61,170 bases of DNA, filler included, from 5 parts of 5 records of this genome joined end to end with filler, not necessarily neighbours in it; one strand, 5' to 3'. Numbered from the whole stretch's first letter, positions 43,831 through 53,559 are shown. The notes: generated from the sequence alone by a model not told the origin. Program-made: numbers and translations.

Positions 43831-44031
43831 TTAGCGTGCGTATGGCATCATGCTCTTGACGATTTTCTCGTCAGGCGCTGACATCACTGTTGTACCGCGT
43901 GCATTGCGTAGGAATTTATTTGTACGCTTGATCATGCCGTGGCGCTTCCCTGCCTGTGCAGTTTTAACGCGACCTGTGGCCGTTACCTTGAACCGCTTTT
44001 TGCAGCTCGATTTAGTCTTCATCTTAGGCAT
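43831..44031 (-). CDS. rpmI: 50S ribosomal protein L35
   Basis: [23 protein letters not shown] 44031 with AAGGAG Shine-Dalgarno. Confidence 0.97.
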   Translation of the reverse strand: MPKMKTKSSCKKRFKVTATGRVKTAQAGKRHGMIKRTNKFLRNARGTTVMSAPDEKIVKSMMPYAR

Positions 44032-44194
44032 TTCCGTCTCCTTAATCTTAGATCGGTGACAACGCGACTCGGCATGCCCTCCGCCGGCCACGTAATGAGG
44101 GGAGCGTATAGCGTGGTTGTTAAGGGGGTGCAAGCCAGTTTTCGTGGCTGAATGTGGAAAGTCTTTTTCTAAAACAGATTAACAGAAAGCCAGA

Positions 44195-44262
44195 GCCAAT
44201 CGTTAGATTGGCAAGGCGCTGACCTCCCCCATGGGAGGCGCATTCGTCGCCCCCCGAGGTCA
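44195..44262. repeat. GC-rich multi-hairpin intergenic element at contig end (possible REP/MITE-like repeat)
   Basis: GCCAATC/GATTGGC, CCTCCC/GGGAGG and TGACCTC/GAGGTCA inverted repeats; single copy in this window. Confidence 0.4.
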
Positions 44263-44362
44263 NNNNNNNNNNNNNNNNNNNNNNNNNNNNNNNNNNNNNN
44301 NNNNNNTTAATTAATTAANNNNNNNNNNNNNNNNNNNNNNNNNNNNNNNNNNNNNNNNNNNN
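44263..44362. other. Artificial contig spacer
   Basis: N44-TTAATTAATTAA-N44. Confidence 0.99.
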
Positions 44363-45109
44363 TGAGCGAAGTGTGGTGAGTGTTTGGCTCATCACTTCTT
44401 TATCAAATGCGCTGCGCCCTTGCTCAGAATAGCTAATTTTAACGACCTGTAAGTTGCCATTAGTTGATGTGGTTGTAGTGAGGTTTTCAAAACGGCTTTT
44501 AAGCTCTTTTATGACAACTGTTAGCTTATCGCCAGCATTCTCAAGCGCACTTATTTCAAAGCCCTGATTAGTCTGCTTCGCTTTAACGCCATAGGCTTTT
44601 TGCTTAACAATAATGGCTTTTGTTTGTTGATATGCACTGAGCAATTGCTCATCAATGGCTTTATTTAAATCAACATCAAGTACAAACAATACCCCGCCGT
44701 TTAAATCAAGACCCAGCTTTATAGGCGATAAGCCAAACTCTTGTAACCAAATAGGGCTGGTTGCATGTTCAACAATTTTAACCTGTGTATTTGGAAAGTT
44801 TGATTTTAAAGCCGCCTGAGCTTGGGCACTTTGTGTAGGTGTATTTAAAAGTACATTAATATTTGCTTGGTCTTTTAAACTTTCACTCACTTCAAAACCT
44901 TGGCTATTTAAAAAGCTAACTAGGTTTTCAGTACTTGGCATTACTTGCGTTTTAACATCAGAAGCTGCACTAATATGCAACCATGACTTATTCGGATATA
45001 AATTAGGTAAGGCGCTTATTGCTAGTAAAACCAATACAATCAACATGGCTACATAGCTTAATTTAAATTTAGCCTTAAATTGCTTTTTATCTTTTTTTAG
45101 ACTTAACAT
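44363..45109 (-). CDS. secD: Protein translocase subunit SecD, likely second paralog (3' truncated)
   Basis: TM1 ending ALPNLY, then IKLGLDLNGGVLFVLDVD; no yajC upstream. Confidence 0.92.
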
Positions 45110-45112
45110 AGT

Positions 45113-45216
45113 TATTCCTTATTACTCGGCATAGCCCAGTAACGTACCTATTAGGCACAATTAATCTGCAGGTCAAAACGCGAAGCGTTAAAACCAATTA
45201 AATTAAATAAGAAACA
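45113..45216 (-). promoter_or_regulatory. SD-sequestering mRNA structure between the vemP-like ORF and secD
   Basis: UGUUUCUUAUU (45216-45206) pairs over 11 bp, with 2 G-U pairs, with AAUAAGGAAUA (45123-45113), which contains the secD Shine-Dalgarno. Confidence 0.7.
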
Positions 45217-45678
45217 TTAAGCGTGGTAGGTGGTTACAGCGGTGTATAACAGGTTAGCGTCTTTCCAGCCGCTCAAGCGCGACTTTTTACTTTTAAATAC
45301 CCAGGTATACCAAGGCTGACTTATGTTGACTGCTTGCGGTCGCAAAAAAATATGCCTACAGCCATTTAGGGCAAAAAACTCATGCACTACATCGTATTCA
45401 GGATCGCCCTGCGCACTGTGTAAAAATAAAAATGAGTTATTGGCTGTTAGCCTAGGTTGATGCGCATCAAAATCAGAATGCTTTGAGTTTTTATGCTGTA
45501 AATCGCCAAGCGATTTTGTAGGTACGGAAATGTTAGTTAAATGGTCAACATTAATAACATCGCTATAACTGCTTTGGTTACTGTTTAATTCGTGCTTTAC
45601 GCCCATAGCATGGCTTTGCACACTAAAGAGTGCAGCAAAAAACAAGCAAGTAGCTAAAAAAACGCGAAATTTAAACAT
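45217..45678 (-). CDS. VemP-like secretion-monitoring translation-arrest peptide
   Basis: Sec signal peptide ending SHA; C-terminal SRLSGWKDANLLYTAVTTYHA similar to Vibrio VemP HRISGWKETNAMYVALNSQFSA (recalled); directly upstream of secD. Confidence 0.8.
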   Translation of the reverse strand: MFKFRVFLATCLFFAALFSVQSHAMGVKHELNSNQSSYSDVINVDHLTNISVPTKSLGDLQHKNSKHSDFDAHQPRLTANNSFLFLHSAQGDPEYDVVHEFFALNGCRHIFLRPQAVNISQPWYTWVFKSKKSRLSGWKDANLLYTAVTTYHA

Positions 45679-45709
45679 TGGTCATTTAAAACTAAAATAA
45701 AGGATAGCT

Positions 45710-45739
45710 AGTATATAAGGGCAGCTAATTAAAATACAA
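45710..45739 (-). promoter_or_regulatory. Candidate sigma70 promoter of the vemP-like/secD unit
   Basis: Minus strand TTGTAT-N18-TATACT; the region is AT-rich, so chance matches are possible. Confidence 0.4.
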
Positions 45740-45791
45740 TAGCAGTTCTTAAGCTAATTAATTTATATAAAAACAAATACTGAGATCCTCG

Positions 45792-47582
45792 ATGCGCTCC
45801 AGACAAAGTTCAGTAAAACGCCCCGACGCCATGAATTTAAAACAAAGCATTCAAACTCTTTGGCCTTACATCACTAAATTTAAAGGCCGTGTGCTGATTG
45901 CCATATTAGCGCTAGTCGGTGCTAAAGGGGCGACATTACTCATGCCATGGGCTTTAAAGGAAATAATTGATTCGGTTGATAAATCAATTAACCCACTACT
46001 ACTCGTCCCTACTTTATTACTCGTTATGTACGGCGCATTGCGCTTTGCTAGCGTATTTTTGGGTGAAGTACGCGATGCAGTATTTTCGCGAGTCACCGAG
46101 CATGCCATGCGAGATATTGGCCTTAAAGTGTTTAAACATTTGCACTCGCTAGATTTAGCCTTTCATTTAGACAGACAAACTGGCGGTATAAGTCGAGACA
46201 TAGAGCGCGGCACCAGTGGCTTAAGCTTTTTAATGCGTTTTTTAATGTTTAATATTGTGCCCACGTTGTTTGAAATAATGACCGTAGCGATTATTTTTGG
46301 CACCTTGTTTTCTATTTGGTTCGCGTTAATCACCCTACTTGCTGTTGCTATTTATATCTTTTTTACGGTGACGGTTACCCAATGGCGAAACCGCTTTATT
46401 CGTGAGTCAAACGCTGCCGACAACCAAAGTAATACCCGCGCCATCGACAGCCTATTAAATTACGAAACCGTAAAGTACTTTAATAATGAACAGTATGAAG
46501 CCAAAACTTACGACACATTTTTAGCAACCTGGGAACAAGCTCGATTAAAAAATAGACTCTCGTTATTGGCGCTTAATTCAGGGCAAGCGCTCATCATTGC
46601 GTGTGCCATAACCGCATTAATGTGGCTTGGAGCCAATGAAGTGGTTACCGGCGAGTTAACGATTGGTGAGCTGGTAATGATCAATGCGTATATGATCCAA
46701 TTATTTTTACCGCTTAACTTCTTGGGATTTGTGTACCGTGAAATACGCCGTGCCCTTACCGACCTTGAAAACATGCTTGGGTTATTAAATACCTCACCCA
46801 AAGTAGCAGATAGCGAAACTGCGCAACCATTAGCACTCAAAAATGGGGCAATTAGCTTTGAAAATGTCAGCTTTAGCTACGATAGTAAACGCCCTATTCT
46901 TAAGAACGTCAGTTTTCATGTAAACCCTGGTGCTAAGGTAGCGGTTGTAGGTGCTAGTGGCGCAGGTAAAAGCTCGTTAGCCCGTTTGTTATATCGTTTT
47001 TATGAACTTTCATCGGGCGCGATTAAAATTGATAATCAAGCCATAAACACAGTCACCTTGGCAAGTTTGCGTAAAGCTATTGCCATAGTGCCGCAAGATA
47101 CTGTGTTATTTAATACCAGCATACGCGAAAATATTCACTACGGCAGACCCAGCGCCAGTGAAGATGAAGTAAACAAAGCCATAAACATGGCGCATCTAAC
47201 AGACTTTATTAATAGCCTAGATAAAGGCGATAAAACCTTAGTCGGTGAACGCGGACTAAAAGTCTCTGGCGGCGAAAAACAACGTATTGCTATTGCTCGC
47301 GCTATTTTAAAGCAATCGCCGATTTTAATTTTTGACGAAGCCACTTCCGCGCTCGACTCACAATCTGAGCAGGCCATATTAAACGCTATGCGAGAAGTAG
47401 CCTCTAACCACACCAGTATTGTTATTGCGCACCGCTTATCAACAATTACCGATGCCGATACTATTATCGTGCTTAAAGCGGGAGAAGTGGTAGAGCAAGG
47501 TAAACATGATAAATTACTCATGCAAAATGGTGAATATGCTCATATGTGGGCATTACAGCAAAAGCAGTCCAAAGCGCAATAA
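45792..47582 (+). CDS. Atm1/ABCB7-type ABC exporter (fused TMD-NBD)
   Basis: FHLDRQTGG, DSLLNYETVKYFNNE, PLNFLGFVYREI, GASGAGKS, SGGEKQR. Confidence 0.92.
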   Translation: MRSRQSSVKRPDAMNLKQSIQTLWPYITKFKGRVLIAILALVGAKGATLLMPWALKEIIDSVDKSINPLLLVPTLLLVMYGALRFASVFLGEVRDAVFSRVTEHAMRDIGLKVFKHLHSLDLAFHLDRQTGGISRDIERGTSGLSFLMRFLMFNIVPTLFEIMTVAIIFGTLFSIWFALITLLAVAIYIFFTVTVTQWRNRFIRESNAADNQSNTRAIDSLLNYETVKYFNNEQYEAKTYDTFLATWEQARLKNRLSLLALNSGQALIIACAITALMWLGANEVVTGELTIGELVMINAYMIQLFLPLNFLGFVYREIRRALTDLENMLGLLNTSPKVADSETAQPLALKNGAISFENVSFSYDSKRPILKNVSFHVNPGAKVAVVGASGAGKSSLARLLYRFYELSSGAIKIDNQAINTVTLASLRKAIAIVPQDTVLFNTSIRENIHYGRPSASEDEVNKAINMAHLTDFINSLDKGDKTLVGERGLKVSGGEKQRIAIARAILKQSPILIFDEATSALDSQSEQAILNAMREVASNHTSIVIAHRLSTITDADTIIVLKAGEVVEQGKHDKLLMQNGEYAHMWALQQKQSKAQ

Positions 47583-47769
47583 ACTAAGCCACTCGGGTAC
47601 AATTTAAGTATCTGAGTGCTATTTTGCTAGTATTTCATTCATCTTATCGACCGGTACGGTTATTCACCTCAAAAGGTTTGTTTGCAGTGAAGTTATCAAT
47701 ACAATCAAGTAGCTATTTTTATAACAAAAATATAACGAATTAAATAACGTGAATTCATAGGGGAAAATA

Positions 47770-49848
47770 ATGAAAAAGAGTTTAATTGCAGCGGCGCTCG
47801 CTGCCACATTTATTACTGGCTGTTCTGAGCCACAAACAACAAAAACTGAGCAAGTAGCAGCAGTTGCAGAAAAACCACAAGTAACAGAGCAAGCCGAATT
47901 AGGCACGTTTGGGGTTGATTTAACTGCGCGTAACGAAGCTGTAAAACCAGGCGACGATTTCTTCATGTACGCCAGTGGTTCATGGTACGACAACTATGAA
48001 ATGCCAGCAGATAAAACCCGCTACGGTGCATTCTCTGCGCTAGCTGAGCGCAGTGAAGATCGCGTTAAAGAAATTATTGAAGACATTGCAGCACGTGAAA
48101 ACTTAAACGCCGAAGAGCAACTGGTCGCTGACTTTTATAATTCGTACATGGATACCGAGACGCTTAATAAACTTGGTATAACGCCAATTAAGCCGTTGCT
48201 TAACGACATCAATTCGGTTGCCTCAACTGATGATTTGGCAAAAGTATTTGGCCAATCTTGGCTTACGGGTGTGAGTGCACCACTTGGCGGCGGTATGTGG
48301 TTTAACCGTTTAGATCCCAATAAATACGAAATGTCATTAGGCGCAGGTGGCTTAGGCTTACCCGATCGTTCTTACTACCTTGAAGATGCAGAACGTTTTG
48401 TAAAAACCCGTAAAGCGTATGTTGCACATATTGCCGATATGCTTAAATTTGCAGGGGTTGATAATACCACAGAGCGTGCACAAGCGATTTTAGCGCTTGA
48501 AACCAAAATTGCAGAAGGTCATTGGCCACGTGAAAAACGCCGTAATCGTGATTTAACCCTAAACCAAGTAAAACGCGATGAGTTAAGTGCGCAATACCCA
48601 GGATTTAACTGGGATTTATACTTTGCACAAACAGGTTATAAAGTACCACAATTAAATGTATCGCAGCCTGAACCTGTTAAAGCCATGATTGACTTAATCA
48701 ATAACGAAGATTTAAGCGTATGGAAAGACTACCTTACATATCATGCGATTAATGGTAACTCACGACTATTATCTGAAGAAATATTTAACACTAGCTTTGC
48801 CTTTTATGGAAAAGAGTTAAATGGTCAACAAGAACCACGTCCACGCTGGAAACGCGCTATCAGCCAAATGTCTGGCACTAGCTCATTGGGCTTTGCAATT
48901 GGTAAAATTTACGTAGATCGTTATTTCCCTGAGTCATCTAAGCAACAAATGTCTGAGCTTGTTGAAAACTTACGCACAGCACTTGGTGAGCGTATTGATA
49001 ACTTAGATTGGATGGGCGCAGAAACAAAAGTAAATGCGCGTGCAAAATTAGCGGCGTTTGTGCCAAAAATTGGTTACCCAGATGAATGGCAATCTTATGA
49101 AGGCTTAAGCATTAGCAAAAATGACTTAATGGCTAATGTAAAAAATATGCGTGAGTTTTTCCAAGCTGAAAGTGTAGAAAAAGAGCTGAAAAAGACCGAC
49201 CGTAATCGTTGGGGCATGACACCACAACGTGTTAATGCTTACTACAATAGTTCGTTTAACGAAATTGTATTCCCTGCCGCTATACTACAACCGCCGTTTT
49301 TCGATCCAAATGCAGATCCAGCAGTAAACTACGGTGGCATTGGCGCTGTAATTGGCCATGAGATGGGCCATGGCTTTGATGATCAAGGCTCAAAATCTGA
49401 CGCTAACGGCATTCAACGTAACTGGTGGACTGATGAAGATCGTGCTGCTTTTGATGCTAAAGCTGACAAACTGGCGGCTCAGTACAGCAAATATGAGCCA
49501 ATTCCAGGTAACTTTGTAAATGGCCGCAACAGTTTAGGTGAAAATATTGGTGATGTGGGTGGTTTAGCCATGGCTTATCATGCTTACAAACTAAGCTTAA
49601 ATGGTAAAGAAGCACCGGTAATTGACGGTGTAACCGGCGATCAACGTTTCTTCTTAGCATGGGCACAAGTATGGAAAGAAAAACGTACTGAGCAAAGTAT
49701 GTTAAACCAATTACGTGGTGGTACACACGCACCAGGTCGCTTTAGAGCACAAGCGCCTCGTAACCATGATGCTTGGTATAAAGCATTTGATGTAAAACCA
49801 GGCGATGAGTTATACCTACCAGAAGAAGAACGCGTTCGTATTTGGTAA
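47770..49848 (+). CDS. M13 family metallopeptidase lipoprotein (PepO/neprilysin-like)
   Basis: Lipobox FITGC; VNAYY, GHEMGHGFDDQG, GENIGD. Confidence 0.95.
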   Translation: MKKSLIAAALAATFITGCSEPQTTKTEQVAAVAEKPQVTEQAELGTFGVDLTARNEAVKPGDDFFMYASGSWYDNYEMPADKTRYGAFSALAERSEDRVKEIIEDIAARENLNAEEQLVADFYNSYMDTETLNKLGITPIKPLLNDINSVASTDDLAKVFGQSWLTGVSAPLGGGMWFNRLDPNKYEMSLGAGGLGLPDRSYYLEDAERFVKTRKAYVAHIADMLKFAGVDNTTERAQAILALETKIAEGHWPREKRRNRDLTLNQVKRDELSAQYPGFNWDLYFAQTGYKVPQLNVSQPEPVKAMIDLINNEDLSVWKDYLTYHAINGNSRLLSEEIFNTSFAFYGKELNGQQEPRPRWKRAISQMSGTSSLGFAIGKIYVDRYFPESSKQQMSELVENLRTALGERIDNLDWMGAETKVNARAKLAAFVPKIGYPDEWQSYEGLSISKNDLMANVKNMREFFQAESVEKELKKTDRNRWGMTPQRVNAYYNSSFNEIVFPAAILQPPFFDPNADPAVNYGGIGAVIGHEMGHGFDDQGSKSDANGIQRNWWTDEDRAAFDAKADKLAAQYSKYEPIPGNFVNGRNSLGENIGDVGGLAMAYHAYKLSLNGKEAPVIDGVTGDQRFFLAWAQVWKEKRTEQSMLNQLRGGTHAPGRFRAQAPRNHDAWYKAFDVKPGDELYLPEEERVRIW

Positions 49849-49880
49849 TACCTGACAAACGTTCATCGTTTGTAACGAAT

Positions 49881-49913
49881 AAACAGCCCGCTTATGCGGG
49901 TTGTTTTATTTTT
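49881..49913 (+). terminator. Intrinsic terminator after the M13 peptidase
   Basis: AAACAGCCCGC-TTAT-GCGGGTTGTTT followed by a T-rich tract. Confidence 0.85.
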
Positions 49914-50023
49914 GGCTACTAACAATACTTACTAGCCCTACCCCGTATTTACCTTTAGAATATGGGCTTGCAAATTTTTTCAATTATTTATACATATTAA
50001 GGCGAAACGCAGATGGGAAGAGC

Positions 50024-50123
50024 NNNNNNNNNNNNNNNNNNNNNNNNNNNNNNNNNNNNNNNNNNNNTTAATTAATTAANNNNNNNNNNNNNNNNNNNNN
50101 NNNNNNNNNNNNNNNNNNNNNNN
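50024..50123. other. Artificial contig spacer
   Basis: N44-TTAATTAATTAA-N44. Confidence 0.99.
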
Positions 50124-50794
50124 ACTTGTGGTACTGTGGTTCTTCCTGTCATTGCGCGCAACGACAATAACGTTGTATCAGATCCAATAACAATCTCTTC
50201 GAATGTCATTCCTTTACTCGCTAGTAATTCTTTAGCTCGGGCGCAATGTGGACAACCAACCTTACTAAATAATGCAACATCTGCTGGTGCTTTAGCATCA
50301 CTATTTATATAGTTAAGCATAGTATCTGCGTCAGAAACTTCAAACGGGTCACCTGGTTTGTTTGGCTCGATAAACATTTTTTCGATAACGCCATTTTTAA
50401 CTAGCATTGAATAACGCCAGCTACGCTTGCCAAAACCAAGGTCTTCTTTATCGACTAACATGCCCATACCATCAGAGAATTCACCATTACCATCAGGGAT
50501 GACCGTAATGTTTTCGGCATCTTGATCACTAAGCCATGCATTCATAACAAAGGTGTCATTAACAGACATACAAACGATTTCATCAACACCATTCGCTTTT
50601 AATACATCCGCTAATTCATTGTAACGAGGAAGATGAGTTGAAGAACATGTTGGTGTGAATGCGCCAGGTAACGAGAATACAACGACGGTTTTATTTTCAA
50701 AAAGAGATTGTGTAGTTACATCTAACCATTCGTCGTTGTGACGAGTTTTGAACGTTACATTAGGGACTGATTGGCCTTCTTTATTTTCTAACAT
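50124..50794 (-). CDS. Hybrid peroxiredoxin-glutaredoxin (Prx5-Grx), 3' truncated
   Basis: [31 protein letters not shown], Grx CPHC..TVPQ; ATG 50794 after GGAG. Confidence 0.93.
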
Positions 50795-50877
50795 TTTATT
50801 CTCCATACTGATTTCAAAAGGTGTCATGTGTTAACTGACTATGAAACCAGTATGAAGAAAAACTACCCAAAATGCCA

Positions 50878-50914
50878 AATGAAACAAACAATAATTACGA
50901 TAGTTAAAAACTAT
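50878..50914 (-). promoter_or_regulatory. OxyR-type binding site upstream of prx-grx
   Basis: Minus strand ATAG-N7-CTAT-N7-ATTG-N7-CATT, abutting a TTGGCA-N18-CATACT promoter candidate. Confidence 0.75.
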
Positions 50915-50935
50915 CATAATTATCGAAATGATAGT

Positions 50936-52246
50936 TTATTTGTAAATTGGTAATTCAATGCGTACGCAAAGCCCACCTTGGTCACGATTTTTTATCAATA
51001 CACGGCCACCGTGGTTGTTTACAAAGCGATGAACTATGGCAAGACCTAATCCGCTACCCTGCCCGCCACGCGCATTATCCCCTTGCACAAAAGGCTTAAA
51101 GAGTTGTTTGATATTCTCCATCGGAATACCCGGACCATTATCTTCTACTTTAAAATAAGCAACGCCTCGACCTGATATACCTGACTGAATTTCAATTTCA
51201 CCGCCGCCATATCGAATTGCATTGCTAATTAAGTTAGCAAGCACACGTTTAAGGGCATTAGCCCTAAGCATCATCAATGGGATTTTACCAAGCTTGGCAG
51301 TGATATTACGGCCACGGCTCGCTTCAGCTTTCACTTCTTGACTGATAATCTCATTCAAATCATTAAGTTCAGCTACCTCTTCACGATCTAACTTAATATA
51401 GGTAATAAATTGATCGATGATTTCATTCATGTCATCGATATCTTGCTCAATACCTTCTTTAAAAAATGACTCTTTATCATCTAGCATTTCTGTTGCTAAG
51501 CGAATTCGCGTGAGCGGCGTGCGCAAATCATGGGAGATACCCGCCATAAGCAAAGCACGATCGTCTTCTAGCTGCTTAATACCTGAAGCCATTGAGTTGA
51601 ACGCTCTTGTCAAATCAACGACTTCAGACGAGCCTTCAAATGCTAAGCGCTCAGGAAACTCACCTTTTGCGACTTGATTGGCAGCCAATTGCAAATTTCG
51701 AAGTGGTTTAGTTAAATGTCTTGCAAACAACCACCCACCGATTAACGACAGGCTACCAATGACAATGAGGTAAAATGTTAACGGTGAAAACTCACTATCA
51801 TCAAATTTTTCTAATGGGATTTTAATCCAAATATAAGGATCTTGTGGTGGTCGGATCCACACCATGAACAATTCTTCTTTTGCTACACGAACCTCTGTTT
51901 GACCACCAAGTTGTTCACTCATTTGTTCAGATATAAACCGGTAAGGTACTGCTTTATCTAAACCAAAACGGGACGCTAAATACGCAGGATAAACTCTAAG
52001 TCCAGTAACTTCTTTGAATTGTTCGGTAAGAATTTCATCAGTCGGTAGTTGTTCACGGCCTTGCTTTGGCATATTCATAAATACCAGTTTGACTTGCTTT
52101 GCGAGCAGAGTAGTTATCTGACGAAAACTTGGTTCTACATAATGTTTAGCGACCAGCGTATAAGATACAAGTTGATTGATCAGCAGTAAAAAACCTATTA
52201 AGAGTGCCGTTTGGCCAAAGGCACTCTTAGGAAACCAGCGTTTCAT
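50936..52246 (-). CDS. envZ: Sensor histidine kinase EnvZ
   Basis: Two TMs, [26 protein letters not shown] boxes; ATG overlaps the ompR stop (TAATG). Confidence 0.95.
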   Translation of the reverse strand: MKRWFPKSAFGQTALLIGFLLLINQLVSYTLVAKHYVEPSFRQITTLLAKQVKLVFMNMPKQGREQLPTDEILTEQFKEVTGLRVYPAYLASRFGLDKAVPYRFISEQMSEQLGGQTEVRVAKEELFMVWIRPPQDPYIWIKIPLEKFDDSEFSPLTFYLIVIGSLSLIGGWLFARHLTKPLRNLQLAANQVAKGEFPERLAFEGSSEVVDLTRAFNSMASGIKQLEDDRALLMAGISHDLRTPLTRIRLATEMLDDKESFFKEGIEQDIDDMNEIIDQFITYIKLDREEVAELNDLNEIISQEVKAEASRGRNITAKLGKIPLMMLRANALKRVLANLISNAIRYGGGEIEIQSGISGRGVAYFKVEDNGPGIPMENIKQLFKPFVQGDNARGGQGSGLGLAIVHRFVNNHGGRVLIKNRDQGGLCVRIELPIYK

Positions 52247-52968
52247 TAGTGGGCACGACCATCGGGAACAAATACATAACCTAAGCCCCAAACAGTTTGG
52301 ATGTAACGAGGGTTAGTTGGATCATCTTCAATCATACGACGTAAACGAGACACTTGCACATCAATACTACGCTCAAGCGCACTATAATCTCGGCCTCGCG
52401 CCATATTCATTAACTTATCTCGTGATAAGGGTTCACGCGGGTGGGTTACTAGCGATTTTAATACCGCAAATTCGCCCGATGTTAATGACGTCACTTCATC
52501 GCCATGATGCATCTCGCGAGTTGCAAGGTTTAACTTAAAGTCGCCAAATTCGATCTCTTCTTCATTTTGTGAAGGCGCGCCTGGTACATCGTTGCTACGA
52601 CGACGTAGTACAGCATTGACTCGCGCCAGCAATTCACGAGGATTAAATGGCTTAGGTAGATAATCATCAGCGCCTAATTCAAGGCCGATAATACGGTCTA
52701 CTTCATCGCCTTTAGCCGTTAACATTAAAATTGGAATATCGTTGTTTTTCTTACGCAAACGCTGACAAATAGTTAAGCCATCCTCGCCTGGTAACATTAG
52801 ATCCAGTACCATCATGTGAAAATTTTCACGCTCCATCAAACGATCCATTTGCTCGCCATCATTTGCAGTCCTGACTTGGAAGCCCTGCTCGACAAGATAG
52901 CGCTCCAACAAGCTACGTAAACGCGCGTCGTCATCGACAACTAGAATTTTTGTGGTTTCATGGCTCAT
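52246..52968 (-). CDS. ompR: Response regulator OmpR
   Basis: [46 protein letters not shown]. Confidence 0.97.
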   Translation of the reverse strand: MSHETTKILVVDDDARLRSLLERYLVEQGFQVRTANDGEQMDRLMERENFHMMVLDLMLPGEDGLTICQRLRKKNNDIPILMLTAKGDEVDRIIGLELGADDYLPKPFNPRELLARVNAVLRRRSNDVPGAPSQNEEEIEFGDFKLNLATREMHHGDEVTSLTSGEFAVLKSLVTHPREPLSRDKLMNMARGRDYSALERSIDVQVSRLRRMIEDDPTNPRYIQTVWGLGYVFVPDGRAH

Positions 52969-53082
52969 GATTATTTCTCTACTAGATTCATTAACAATTA
53001 CTATAAAATCTAATGGCTTATAAAGCAAAATCTCAATTGTCTAATTTAGCGGTGCTTTGTTACAAAGTATGTTTATTGAGGA

Positions 53083-53559
53083 CTAAGTTTTGTAGTAGAT
53101 TTTATTGATATACCAAACAAGCTCACCTGAGGGTGTTTTGACAATGACCTCATCATCTACTTCTTTGCCAATTAAGGCTCTTGCCATTGGTGAATCAATA
53201 GTAATGTGATTATTCTCGACGTCAATTTCATCAGGACCGACAACGCGGTAGGTCGCTTGTTGCTCTTGATCGTTCTCAAGTTCAACGTAGGCACCAAAAT
53301 ACACTTTCCCTTCTTGAGACGGGGCATAATGAACAATTTCTAACTCTTCTAAGCGCTTCATTAAAAACTGTAATCTGCGATCGATAGAGCGCAATTCACG
53401 CTTACCTTCTTTATATTCAGCATTTTCACTGCGATCACCAAGAGCAGCGGCTTCAGACACAGCCCTAGTTACTTGAGGACGTTTTACTTTCCACAAATAC
53501 TTCAATTCTTGGTCAAGTTTATTCCAACCTGCTGGAGTCACTAAATTAGTCTTCTTCAT
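53083..53559 (-). CDS. greB: Transcription elongation factor GreB
   Basis: LW...RPQVT, GDRSENAEY, IDSPMARAL. Confidence 0.95.
   Translation of the reverse strand: MKKTNLVTPAGWNKLDQELKYLWKVKRPQVTRAVSEAAALGDRSENAEYKEGKRELRSIDRRLQFLMKRLEELEIVHYAPSQEGKVYFGAYVELENDQEQQATYRVVGPDEIDVENNHITIDSPMARALIGKEVDDEVIVKTPSGELVWYINKIYYKT

Noticed and set aside
43831-44133. 100-aa extended L35
   Set aside because: The real start is ATG 44031 with a strong SD; the extension is 5' leader
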